A stretch of DNA of 64,000 nt from the human T2T-CHM13v2.0 reference genome, Homo sapiens. This document shows positions 1-13,889 of the stretch, in pieces. Made by a program: the position numbers and the translations under genes. Position 1 is the stretch's first letter. Each line of letters starts with the position of its first letter. The notes below the pieces were generated by a model. The model was not told the DNA's origin, searched no databases, and worked only from the letters and a program-made list of their open reading frames with translations. The stretch lies in NCBI RefSeq assembly GCF_009914755.1, contig NC_060925.1, one strand, 5' to 3'.

Positions 1-213
1 TTCAAGACCAGCCTGCACAAAATAGCGAGACCCCATCTCTATTAAAAATAATAATAATATTTATTATTTTTAAATAATTTTAAAATTTTTTTCATAGAGA
101 TGGGAGTTTTTCTGTGTGGCCCAGGCTGGTCTTAAACTCCTGACTGCAAGCAATCCACGTGCCTCTGCCTCCCAAAGGGCTAGGATTACAGGCATGAGCC
201 ACTGTGCCCAGCC
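1..213. mobile_element. Two Alu left-monomer/FLAM-like pieces, tail to tail (1-50 plus, about 85-213 minus)
   Basis: ttcaagaccagcctg...ccccatctct, then reverse-complement Alu left arm ending cccagcc. Confidence 0.8.
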
Positions 214-1085
<872 letters not shown>

Positions 1086-1418
1086 TAGTTAGTCAACAGT
1101 ACTGATTCTGCCTCATCTTTTAAAATTTAACTCAGCTTGCAAAATAATCACTAAGTGAAAAACTTCTGTAATATATATTTCTCACTGATAATAGAATAAA
1201 GAGTGATGACTACTTCCACCTCTTCAACATTCATACAGCACATATGACAAGAACTGATTCTTACTTTGCACACATTAGTAGTTTCATCCAACTGTAAAGT
1301 ATCTCTCTAGTAGTGTTCACAATATACTTATCACTCTTCCATTGACCACCCCATTACCATTGTATATGCCATCCAACAGTGTCATTTGATGAAGTATTTA
1401 ACCCAAGAACTTACTCTG

Positions 1419-1804
<386 letters not shown>

Positions 1805-2270
1805 TAGCTTCTTATGGCCAATTTTGCAGGGGCTTTACAAGTTTCTTGGCAATAGCAGGGTTTGCATCCATTTTTACCTTGAGTGTACTTATAAACAATT
1901 TCTCCTCTGGGATTTTGCATCTTCTCTGCTTTTAGCAATAGATTTTTTACTTTAGTGATATTATTTTTCTTCTGTTCTAAAAAAAATTCTATTGATTTAA
2001 CAGAGAGGTAGATCATTAGGCTTTACTTAATAATGAAGCAAAAACTTTGAAGGGCTCATGCTTTTATCAAAAAATGTTCTAAGAAACACTGACACTAGGG
2101 GTAAATGGATTCTTTCTCTTATATGATCAATTTTTATATATTCACTTCCTAATCAAATTTTCTTTTATGGAAACTAGTATGAAAATAATCACACTCAGAT
2201 TCAGCTGCCTTGGCATCTTCTATACTGGTACTGGAGTTCCTTGAATTATTTCTATACTAATGTTGAACCA

Positions 2271-2760
2271 CAGTTGACCCTTAAACAACAAGGGTCTGAA
2301 CTGTGTAAGTCCACTTACATGGAGAGTTTTTTCAATAGAAGTTATACAGAGTGTGCCTGCCTCTTCTGCCTCCTCTTTCACCTCCTCTACCTCTTTTGGC
2401 TCTGCTTCCTCTAAGACAGCAAGGCCAACCTCTCCTCCACCTCTCCTCAGCCTGCTCTACGTGAAGGTGACAAGAACAAAGACCTTTATGATAATCCACT
2501 TCCACTTAATGAAGAGGCAATACATTTCTTCTTCCTTAGGATTTTCTTAATAACATTTTATTTCTCTAGTTCACTTTATTAATGCGCTATATAATACATA
2601 TAACATACAAAATACATGTTAATCAATTATATTATTGGTAAGACTTCTGGTTATCAGTAGGCTGTTAGTAGTTAAGTTTTGGGGGAGTCAAAAGTTATAC
2701 CTGCATTTGACTGTGTCAAGAGTTGACACCCTAACCTCCACGTTGTTTAAGAGTTAACTG
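2271..2760. mobile_element. Tigger2a/MER28-like TcMar-Tigger non-autonomous DNA transposon
   Basis: Terminal inverted repeats cagttgacccttaaacaac ... gttgtttaagagttaactg, followed by TA. Confidence 0.85.
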
Positions 2761-3855
2761 TAGTTTGAACTACACTAGTTTGTACTGGTTTGCAGTTATT
2801 TATTATACTATATTCATCATTACTTTTATGTTTCAATGAACCATTGTTGAGCCATGATCCATTTTGGGAAGCTAAGAATATAATTGACTTAAGCAAGGAA
2901 AAATGAATGTAAATCTGACAATAACATATGAATGACATGAAGTTCAGATGTCAGAGTCAAACACCTCTGTTAAATGAATGCTTGCCAAGACAAAACAATC
3001 AATGCAATCAATCCTTATTATCTATTAACAGTCTAATAAATTGTAACAGATGTGATAAATTAAATGGGATTTGGAAGAATATAATTTATCTTACATTCAA
3101 AATGTGAAATAAATGTGAACAAAAATCAACCTGTTGCTTATTCATATCTAACTGCTTGGGAATCTTAGTAGATAGGTACTCCAGTAGTTCAGGAATCACA
3201 CTGAGAAACATTGCCCCAGAAGAAAGAACCCAGCATGTAGCAGGAAGCTGAAGAATAGCTGTTATTATCTACATTCTTACCTGTTCCACCTGCCTTGTAG
3301 CTTGAGAACATGTCTGGCTCACCCTGGCTAGTTGCTCCCTGGGCTTCATCCACCTGATTAGTTGATAAACTTTATTGGAATTTCTGGGTTGTAAGCCTAA
3401 GGACCTTGTTTATCTTGCTCACAGCTGTGTTCTTAGGCCCTACACAGTGTCTGGTATACACTAAAAGCTCAATAAATATTTATGAAATGAATACATAAAT
3501 CAAAGTGAGAGAAATTAATTTTCTGTGATTTGGGCCTCAGAAAGGAGAAAAATCACTGGATAAGTAACTATTTTTCTAAGCAGAATGTAGCTACCTTCAG
3601 AAAGGCACCTATGGTGTGGTTGGCTAACCATTTAGTAACCTAATCATCAACAGTTAACACAGCCCTTTCTCCTTGAAGTTACTTTTAAATATTAGAACTT
3701 TTATAATTTTAGCATTTTCAGTGGAATTCTAATGTTTAAAAATATCGTATTTTTGGATTTTTAATCTCACATATAAATTTATATACAGCTATCTCAGGGA
3801 AAATTCTCTTAACAGAACTACTGACCAGTGAGTAGTTTTGCTAGCTTTAAGAAGT

Positions 3856-3856
<1 letters not shown>

Positions 3857-3898
<42 letters not shown>

Positions 3899-3932
3899 AT
3901 ATATGTATATATGTATGAGTGTGTGTGTGTGT
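3857..3932. repeat. Compound (TG)n/(TA)n microsatellite
   Basis: About 18 TG units, a TATG block, then a second TG run. Confidence 0.95.
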
Positions 3933-4071
3933 ATTTTTTAAAGACTAAGAGTAAAATCTCCTTTTAAAGGTCTGTTTAGTAAGTTTTGCTTTAATTTTTG
4001 TACCAAGAGATTGTTTTTGTTCTCTGTGTCTTGAGATGATTTATTCCTGCTTTAAAGAAAACAGCAATAAC

Positions 4072-4440
4072 TCATGGTCATAGATAGTAAAAGGATGTTA
4101 CCAGAGGTTGGGAAGGGTGGTGGGGGGAGGTGGGGATGTTTAATGGGTACAAAAAGAATAGAAAGAATGAATAAAGCCTACTATTTGATAGCACAACAGG
4201 ATGACTACAGTCAATGATAACTTAATTGTATATTTTAAAATAACTTAAAGAATGTAATTGGATTGTTTGTAACTCAAAGAATAAATGCTTGAGGAGATGG
4301 ATACCCCATTCTCCATGATGTGCTTATTTCGCATTGCATGCCTGTATCAAAACATTTCATGTACTCCATAAACATATACACCTACTGTGTACCCAAAAAA
4401 TGAAACAAACAACCAACAAGAACAACAACAACAAAAAACA
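4072..4440 (+). mobile_element. L1MA-type 3' end with (CAA)-rich tail
   Basis: atttgatagcacaacagg...taaatgcttgaggagatggataccccatt...catgcctgtatcaaaacat. Confidence 0.85.
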
Positions 4441-6424
4441 AACTGCAACAGAAGCCAGAATCAGTATTCTGTTTGTCATTGTTAGCTCTGCAAACAGAAG
4501 GGGTATGATGGTGATGAGATTTTAAACAAAGGAAAGGAAAAGGAATGCACTGCTGAAAACAGACTAAGACAAAGCTTAGGGGAAAAAGTTACACACTTGT
4601 AGCAAACAACAAAGCCAACAATTTCCTTTGGCAACAAAAAGGCTGCTGTGAGGTAATAAACGTTATCTTCCCTACAGTGTGGCAATGCTGTTTTTAAATC
4701 CTAAATTAGAACCCTTTAAAATAAGCCTAGAATGCCCCTCTGGCATATTTTGCCCATGTTCCACTAATGTATTCTTAGAATTCCTAGAGATGAGAATGAT
4801 GTAACTGCCCTTGAAATCTGCCCTGATCTCCAACATCTGGATTGTGATAATTACCGAGCTATTGTTCAGATACAAGTTAATCAGAGAGGTAAGCCTGGAA
4901 GTGAGTAATCCTTGCAAGCAGGATAGAGGATTATAAACTAATTTGTGTTGAATGAATAAACAAATGAAACAATAAATAGATCACAAACTAAGTATCACAA
5001 ACTCTTGATTATCAGAGGTTTCTAGGTAGCTTAAAAAACAGTGCATATAAAAAAATCAATCCATTTACATGTTAGGAAGCATCTATTATTTGGAATCAGG
5101 CTTTAGGCAAAAATAGATTCTAAAATGTCGCTACTGTAATGTAGTAATACTTGTTTTCCTCCTCACCCACTCTTTGCCAATAGCCCCTCATTAAAGCAAA
5201 AGATTTCTTTGTCCCAAGGACCTCATCCAGTGATATGTACTTGGTAGGTACTTTGTAAACCTTTACAAAACCAAATACTACTAATGAAAATGTCTAAGAG
5301 AGAAAGCTATAGGCAGTTCTGTCAAAAACAGAGATCCATATAATGTATATACCCTGGTTAAAAATAGAGCAATCAGTGATATAAAGGTTAGTCCTTTCTG
5401 GGCCACTGAAGAGTGATTCAGTGTATAAATATGGTTCAGGCTTGGGTTTATTTAACAAAAGTTTTAAACATAGGTATTTCCGGTTGTGCTATGGAATCAT
5501 CAAAGTGATGAATACAATTTAAAGTTAAATTTAAATAAATTCAGGCCTAGGAAGCCAGCCTCCAAACCTGTTCACTGATTTAATTTTAATTTCAAACTTA
5601 AGTCTTATTTCTAATTTTTTAAAAATAAAGGCAAATTCACAATTACAAGGGACAGTGTTTCTTGTCACATATTCAGCAGCTACCAAATCATTATGGTCTA
5701 TGTATAGTCCAAAAGAAGTCTTTAAAGTTAGAAATGCTTTTCTTAGGAACTCTATTATAACTTGAGCTATAACTTTCATGAAGACACTCTAAAAACAAAG
5801 AGAAATCCTTACCTCTTGCAATTAAATTTCAATAAAAATTTCAATTATATGGAGCATTGGATTTTTCCTGTAACCCTCATATTCAATTTTGTGCTCAGTA
5901 TTAAAGGAATTAAAGTAAATTTCTTTACCAGTGCATTATGGGGAACACAAATTAAGATGGAAAAATGAACTGGGAATAAGCATGCAAATATTGTGTATTC
6001 ATATTCTTATACAGCATAATCTGTAAATCTGGTACTAATGAGACTCAAGATTTAAATGGCTGAAGAATGTTTTTAGTGAATTATTGTCAATCAATGCCTC
6101 TGTTCCAGGATAAATGTAATCTTGAAAGGCAAAACACCTATTATTACAAATTCCTAACTAAGTACAGTACTTCATTATTTCAAAATGTCACTGTCAATTT
6201 ATAGAGTAACAGATAAACATCTTTCTACCATGTATCTGAATGCCTTTCCTTCAGAGTAAATGAAACATTGACTATTAAGAAAAAGTATAAACCATATTTT
6301 TATAGCAATAGAAGATACCTAGTGAGCATTAAAACTCTATAAACTAATTACAGTGCTCCAAATTTTCATATTTGTTAATGTGGATATATTGGGTTTCATT
6401 TTTTAAAAATATTTTAAAATTTAT

Positions 6425-6994
6425 CTTTTTGGTTTGTTTGTTTTTAAGAGACAGGGTCTCACTCTGTCACCCAGACTGGAGTATAGTGGTGCAAGCATAG
6501 CTCACTGCAGCCTTCAACTCGTGGGCTCAAGTGATTCTCCCACCTGAGCCTTCTGAGTAGCTAGGACTACAGGCATGCACCACCATGCCCAGCTAATGTT
6601 TTTAAAATTTTTTTGTAGAGATGGGGCCTTGCTATGTTGCCCAGGCTGATCTCAAACTCCTGGCCTTAAGCCATCTTCCTGTCTTGGCCTCCCAAACTGC
6701 TAGGATTACAGGTGTGAGCCACTGTGCTGGGCTATACTTGTTACAGGGTCCCACGTTGTTGCCCTGGCTGGAATACAATGGCATGAACATGGCTCCCTGT
6801 AGCCTCAGCTCTCCAAGTAGCTGGGACTACAGGCACGCAACACCACCCCTGGCTAATTTTTGTATTTTTTATAGAGATGGGGTTTCACCATGTTGCCCAG
6901 GCTGGTCTCTTAAATCCTTAGCTCAAGTGATCCATCCACCTTGGCCTCCCAAAGTGTTGGGATTACAGGTGTGAGCCACCCCCGAGCCCTGGCC
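6425..6994 (-). mobile_element. Two tandem AluJ-like elements (about 6425-6732 and 6743-6994; the second is internally deleted)
   Basis: Two successive antisense Alu bodies. Confidence 0.88.
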
Positions 6995-7519
6995 AGGTTT
7001 TATATCATTGTAACCAAATTTTTTTTTCAAGTTACTTTATTTTATGTAAATTCAAATGTTCATTTATTCAATTGCTTAACAAACATTTACTAAGTGCTGA
7101 CTTTGTCCTAAGTACACTGTTAGGGGACAGACTTACAAAGATGAATATGGTATGACTCTTGCTCTCAGTTTAATGTAATACAGCGATAAATAAACTAAAA
7201 TACAATAGTTCAGGGCTATATTAAAATTGTCTATATGTTTCACATTTGCAATACCTAAAGGATAGTCTATTAAAACTATCCTTAGAAACTTTTCATCATT
7301 GTTCAGAAATAAAACTCTCCCTTACGTGTTCTAGGGAAATCTTTTAAAAAGAAATTTAAAACACATAAATTAAAAATGATAATCTTACCAATATCTGTGA
7401 ACATAACATCTCAAATTAACAAATGCTAATATTTGTTTCATATTTTAAGGCTATTTTCTAAATCCAGAAATTTCTTGAATGATCCACGTAATAATGACTT
7501 CTTGAGATAATTATTTATA

Positions 7520-8405
7520 GCTCCTACCAGCTATATGGCCTTGGGCAAATCTACTTAATTTTGACTCTCAGTGTTCTCATCTGAAAAGTATAGATAATCA
7601 TACCAATCTGTGCTAGATTATCTGCCATTTACCCCCTCAGGATCCATGTTCTCTACACAGCTTTTTGCCCATGGAGGCTCTCCTACCTTCCAGCTTCTAA
7701 TTAGGCTAAATTAATAGGGATACTAGCAGAAGATTAGAGAAGGAAGGTGAAGCTATTCCCTACTTTCCTCTCTATTAGGCCACCAAGGTTGGCTATATCC
7801 CTCTGTCAGAAGCAGTCCTCTCCATACAGCACCCTCTCCTAGGCTTTCAGGCCTAGAGATGATAATGGTTCCCTTTAGCCTTGGGGTCTATATTATCTTC
7901 TGCTGATAATTTTTTTGAGACATATTCTCACTCTGTCACCCAGGCTGGAGTACAGTGGCATGATCTTGGCTCACTGCAACCTCCACCTCCCAGGTTCAAG
8001 CGATTATCCTGCCTCTCAGCCTCCCGAGTAGCTGGGATTACAAGCACATGCCACCATACCCAGCTCATTTTTGTATTTTTAGTAGAGATGGGGTTTCACC
8101 ATGTTGGCCAAGCTAGTCTTGAACTCAGTGATCGACCTACCTCAGCCTCCCAAAGTGCTGGGATTACAGGTGTGAGCCCCTGTGCCCAGCCTCTTCTGTT
8201 GATTTTTGAAAACCCTGCCCACATCTTTAAAAATGGTCACCTTATTAAACTCTTCTTAAATAACCTAGTTTAAAAGTGTCTATTTACTGCCATAACACTG
8301 ATTGATATACAACTTCACGGGTTATTTTGAGGATCATATGAGATGATGATTAGTGCTTAGCACAGTGCCTAGCACATGATAAATACTAGGTAAGTATTGA
8401 ACACT
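7520..8405. mobile_element. Nested cluster: MIR (7520-7607, 8312-8405) interrupted by an ERVL-class LTR (LTR33-like, about 7608-8311), itself interrupted by an antisense AluS (about 7910-8192)
   Basis: MIR core ttgggcaa...ctcagtgttctcatctgaaaa resumes at cttcacgggttattttgaggat. LTR runs tgtg...attaaactc...gatataca. Alu TSD tcttctgYtgat. Confidence 0.7.
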
Positions 8406-8986
8406 ATTGTCATCGATAATGTTTTTATTATTATTTTATTTGAGGTTCTATGTTCATGTTATCTATAACACCTGAATATGTTTAGGAGGTTGAGAAAACA
8501 CCTGAATATGTTAAGGAAGCTGAGAAATTCAGAATGCTGGAGATCTTTTGCTAATGCTCACAGTACTTCAAAAATATATTCAAATGTAAAATGTGTTTAT
8601 TGCTAATTAATCTCAATATTTAAAAAGAGTAAGAGGACCATAAAACTGAGTGATAAAATCCATATAGTAGACATAATTTCCTGGACTACAGTTTCTTCTA
8701 TAAACATGCTTCTGAACTAATTTCTTGCAAATCGACTTCCTGTACCCACCCCAAATCTAGCAAAGTGTAAATAGTACATAAATTAAAACAAATTATTGGG
8801 TCTTGGGGTCATAAAAAGAATGGACTGAAAGGTAAACTCCATAGCATAAAAACCCTTGGTAAATTTGGAAATGCATCTTCATCATCCTTATTTATCGATC
8901 ATATCATAGGCATGTATCATCATTTGACAAATTAAAATCCTATTAAAATCTCATCAAAATCCTATTAAAGATCTGCATAACCTTAC

Positions 8987-9075
8987 CTCGTCCTTTATAT
9001 CTTCCTGTTGTTGGGCTGTGAAGATCTCCATTGCAGCCATGAGTCTCATCATTAACTCATCTACTGTTGTGTTCC
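8987..9075 (-). CDS. FAF1: FAF1 coding exon (probably exon 15), 89 nt: (G)NTTVDELMMRLMAAMEIFTAQQQEDIKDE
   Basis: Acceptor tttttag|GG, donor GAG|gtaagg, phase 1 to 0. Confidence 0.97.
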
Positions 9076-10604
9076 CTAAAAACATATAGAGATTGCCAAA
9101 CTTTTATAATCATTTTATATATAACTTCAAATTATTAAAGTATTAGAAACTGGAAAGTCATTCTAGAATTAACCAGAAAGGAATAATCAGTCTAAAAAAA
9201 TTACAGTTAAAATACTTTTGTGGTTTTATTGAAATGTTTCATATGTTCAATAAGAAATAGTAGTATACTGGCAGTTGAAATTTCGGAAGTTATATTTGAG
9301 GGAGCAGTTTCTTAATGAGAAGGACTTTTAGCACTATATAGAAGAATGTCCAAATCATGAAGTTCAAAAGTTCTGTCAAATTATGAAAACATATCTTGTT
9401 AATAACACTAGCAACAACTACCAATTGTTTATATATCACTGATTAGGCTAAGCACTTTTATACCATCTCATTTAATCTGTACAACAAATCTATGAAGGAT
9501 TCATTATGATTTGGTTTTAAAGAGAAGAAAAATGAGTCTTAGCTCAAAAAAACCTCTCTGACTAAGGTCAAGCTGGTTAAGTGGTGAGGCCAGAATCTGA
9601 AACCAGAAGAGGCTGACTCGAAGCCTGTCCTCTTTGCCGCCCACCTCAGTCTATTACCTTTACTTACAATTATCTTCTATCATCAAAAATCCTCCAGTGA
9701 AAGAAATAGTAATTCAATTTCTGAAAAAAAGATTTCTTTTTTTGCCCAATTGATATTTCTCCCTTTCAGCTGCTTTTAAATGATTCTTATGATCTTTATA
9801 AAGAAGGTATTTTTAATGTTTGATTTTCTTTAATGTCATTTTATTCCAACCGAGTCCATAACAAACATATAGCACATATGTGCCATTTCCTGAACACATT
9901 TAAGTCATTGTTATTTGCTTGGGATGTACCTACAAAAGAAAAATTCATGAGGATATATAAAGATATGACAATTCTCTTCTCTCAAACCTACAGGCAGAAA
10001 GAGTTAGGTTTTCTCCAAGGCTTGAGAAGGGATCTTCTTCTCCATTAATGCAATGGCCATCCTTTACAGGACAATAAAGACCAAACATTCTTGCTGGCAT
10101 TTTTCCAGAGGGCTTGACTAACATGATCTTTCAGTGGTCCTTTCCCTAATTATCCTTATGACCATTGGCAGCATGGGTTTAGGGAACATCTATGGTCCTT
10201 GGCAAAAGAAATGATCTAATTTGTTCACATCAGTACTACTCACTCAGTAAATGAGTTACAGGACAAATGCTATCTTGGCACTAAGAAAACAGAACTGGTT
10301 TTATAGTCAGAGTTCTAACTCTAATTCCATTACTTATAAGCTATATAATCTAGTACCTGGAAATTGGCACATGACAAAGGCTTTAATGAATATTTATTCA
10401 ATAAATAAATAAATGAATAAGTGAATAAATGGACTGTAGCTCTCTAAGGATCAATTTCCTTTTCTCAAAATGGAGATAACACTATGTAGTGTTCTTAGAA
10501 GGAGTGGAGATAACGTAAAGTATATACAAATCATTGGTAGTTAATATTAATAGATATGACAGATGACAAAAGAAGTTTAGGAGCACCTTCAGTGTAGATT
10601 TTTT

Positions 10605-10710
10605 ATTCTTTTGAGACAGGGTCTCGCTTTGTTGCCCAGGTCTCAAGTGATCCTCCCACCTCAGCCTTCCAAGTAGCTGGGATTATAGGTATGTGCCACC
10701 ACACCTAACC
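10605..10710 (-). mobile_element. Short, internally deleted Alu monomer
   Basis: gagacagggtctcgc...gtagctgggattatagg, with TSD-like tgtagatttt on both sides. Confidence 0.75.
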
Positions 10711-11046
10711 AATGTAGATTTTATTATTGGGCAAGTCTCTGGGTTTCTATGTTTTATTTAAAAACTGTAGTGGCTAAGACTCGGAGCATGGGAAATGGGT
10801 ACTATATGGAGTACACTGGAATCATCAGTGGGAAAATACTATAGTTGTATAGGTTGACTACATACTGACCACTAATTTTTAGGCTTAAGTCACTGCTTAT
10901 CAGCTATGTTTTAGCCCTAACTGGAAGGCTCCATTGCCAAACTGGACTTGTAGGTACTACATATTTAAGCCCTTATTGATCAAAGACAGAGAAAAAGTAT
11001 ACCAGTTAATGCAGTTCAGGGCAAACTTACTCTTTATAGTTGATTG

Positions 11047-12282
11047 CAGCAGTTCTCAAACTTTTTGGTCTCAGGACCCCTTTACACTGTTAAAAATTAC
11101 TGAGATCCCCAAAGAACTTTTGTTTATGTGGATTATGGCTATTAACATTTACTGTGTTAGAAATTAAAATAGAAATATTTAAAATAAATTTATCAATCCA
11201 TTTAAAAGTAACAATAATAAACCCATTACATGTTAATATAAATATTACATTTTTATGAAACATGACTATTTTCCAAAAGAAAAAGTTTAGTGAGAAGAGC
11301 AGCATTGTAACATTTTTGCAAATCTCTGTAATGTGTGTGCTTAATAGAAAACAACCATATTCTGTATTCTCGTACCTACATCTACACTAACCAGTTACAA
11401 TATATTGTACTGGTTGAAATTTACGAAGAAAATCTGGTCACACAAAGATATGTAGTTGGAAAAGGGACAAGTATTTTCATAAATGTGGATGTTCTTTGAT
11501 AATACACTTAAACTGACAAGTGTAAGTTTTCTTCAAATTAGATGCACATGGAATTTGAAACCGTATCAATGAAATCTGTGTACTCTGTTACATTAAAATC
11601 TATTGCCCTTTGAAAGGATCTTTTATCTATACATGATTTTATAACATACATTGGTCATTTGTAAAATATTGGTTCACTGAGTTATGCATTTCTCTGCTGA
11701 ATGCTGACACACTTCATTATAGGATATTAAAAAAAAAAAATCACAGAAAACATCTTGGCAACTACCCAGGCTACATAAGCATAGTTTGCCTGTCAGTAAT
11801 ATTTTCAAGTAAAAATAATTTCTATAAGAAATAAAAAGCAAGTATTTCAGTGTAAGCAACCACACCAGTGCTTTTCTTCCAGACCACCAGTATACTTTAG
11901 TATGCAGCAGAAGTGCTTTACCCATACCTCCCATTGTGCCACATAAACTATTAAAAGGGTTAAAATTTAATAAAAGTAATAATTTTTACTGCTTCATCAA
12001 GGACATTCTTAAGGCTTTTTCTTTTCTTTTTTAACTAAATACATGGCAATGAAGAATATGACTACTATTGCAGTTTTGTGTTATGGCTTTGATTCGTGCT
12101 AAGGTGCCAAGAGTTTTTATAAACTATTCCTTTTGAGCCACTAGTGCAAATGTCAACACAGTAAAAAAGGCAAAAAAAAAAAAAAAAAAAGTCTTATTAC
12201 AGTTAGGAAAATAATTTTGACCTTACAGATATCCTAAAAGGGTCTAGTCTGATGTCTACAAACCACACCTTGAGAAACACTA
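11047..12282. mobile_element. Charlie1a-like hAT DNA transposon remnant
   Basis: Begins cagcagttctcaaactttttggtctcaggacccctttacac and ends ccacaccttgagaaacact (imperfect TIRs). Confidence 0.8.
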
Positions 12283-13210
12283 GTTCTTGCAACATTGCCT
12301 CTGACAGGGAAAGCAGGAATGAAGTGTTATCTTCATTATCCATTTACCCTATGCAAATCAGTTCCCCTGGAGGTCTTTTTAAACACTGTTTATGAAATTG
12401 AATGCTCTAGTTATAGAGAAAACATAAAATGCTAGAGGTCTGGTTTTATTTGGGTTTTAAAGGCACTGCAATTTACACATATCCCCTCCTCCCAATCAGA
12501 CTTAAATGGAGGCAGAAATTAGTATACCAGATATAGTTTTAGCTTGAGGCACTTGAAAATCTTTTCCCCAGTGGCATAGAGAAGATATACTGTTCAACCT
12601 AAGCTTTGTAATGAACAAGGTAATATTTTACACCAACCCTTGGAGTGCATTACTAACAGTAAACAAAACAAAATCATTCACTTCTTTTTTGGTAAAGAAT
12701 GTGCACTGTGGTTAAATTCACAGGCATCCCACAGCTTCATGCTTCAGGGTTGCACCCTAAACATGGAATCATACAAATAAGAAGAAACAATTGTCACTGT
12801 GAAAAATTCAATCTTCAATATACAGTGACTGGATTTTCTAGATAACTAAAGATAAGTACTTCTTCCAATTAATCAACATTATAACAATAAATCAATATAA
12901 ATAGAAATGTCACACTTGACAACTGATTATGTCCTAATTGATAGATTATACAATTTAGCAATTCTGAACATTTAACTTGAACATCCTGTGCCCCAAGGGT
13001 TGTGCAATTTTATTAAGATGTTTCTTTTAGATTTTCATGCAGCATATTATTTTTTATAGCACCTATATTTTTTGAAGACATTTTTCAGGATATTCTATAT
13101 TTTCAAATGCAAAGATATTTACTAATAGAAATATTGTCAGCTTGGGTGGAAAAACTATAAAGTTATCACATACCAGGAAGGCTTTACTCTCCTTGTGACA
13201 TGTACTTTAC

Positions 13211-13347
13211 CTTGTATCACATTCAACACTTCATTAGATGATCGCTTTCCCATAATAATCAGGAAAAGCGGAAACTGATCCGTTTTTTGAGTCCGAATGG
13301 TTTGTGCCACAACACTGCCAAAGTGTCTATTGCACATAGTGAGAAAT
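13211..13347 (-). CDS. FAF1: FAF1 coding exon (probably exon 14), 137 nt: (R)FLTMCNRHFGSVVAQTIRTQKTDQFPLFLIIMGKRSSNEVLNVIQ(G)
   Basis: Contained in ORF 13155..13361(-). Acceptor ccttttag|A, donor CAAG|gtaaag, phase 2 to 1. Confidence 0.98.
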
Positions 13348-13599
13348 CTAAAAGGAGACAAAATACAAAGTAAGTTTTGCTTTGTAGTTTAATAGATTTA
13401 CTAGTACTTCAACAAAGAACTCATTGTGTTATTAGTTATGTTAAATTAGACAGCCTGCCTGATATCAATATGTAAAATCTTGCTATATTGAGTTTTCAAA
13501 CATATCTGACATAATACAGAAGTGATTATCATATAGAAAAGCAGGAAGCATACCCTAAATGCTGTCTGGGGCTGACAGCATAGGATTCTTTTCTTAGTC

Positions 13600-13889
13600 T
13601 TTTTTTTTGAGACAGAGTCTCTCTCTGTCACCCAGGCTGGAGTGCAGTGTTGTGATCTCGGCTCACTGAAACCCCCGCCTCCCGGGTTCAAGCAATTTTC
13701 TGCCTCAGCCTCCTGAGTAGCTGTGATTACAAGCTCCCGCCACCACACCTGGCTAATTTTTTTTGTATTTTTAGTAGAGACAGGGTTTGACCATCTTGGC
13801 CAGGATGGTCTTGAACTCCTGACCTTGTGATCCACCTGCCTCGGCCTCCCAAAGTGCTGGGATTAGAGGTGTGAGCCACTGCACCCGGC
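13600..13889 (-). mobile_element. AluS element about 250 nt upstream of the exon 14 acceptor
   Basis: Full body, TSD-like aggattctt. Confidence 0.92.
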
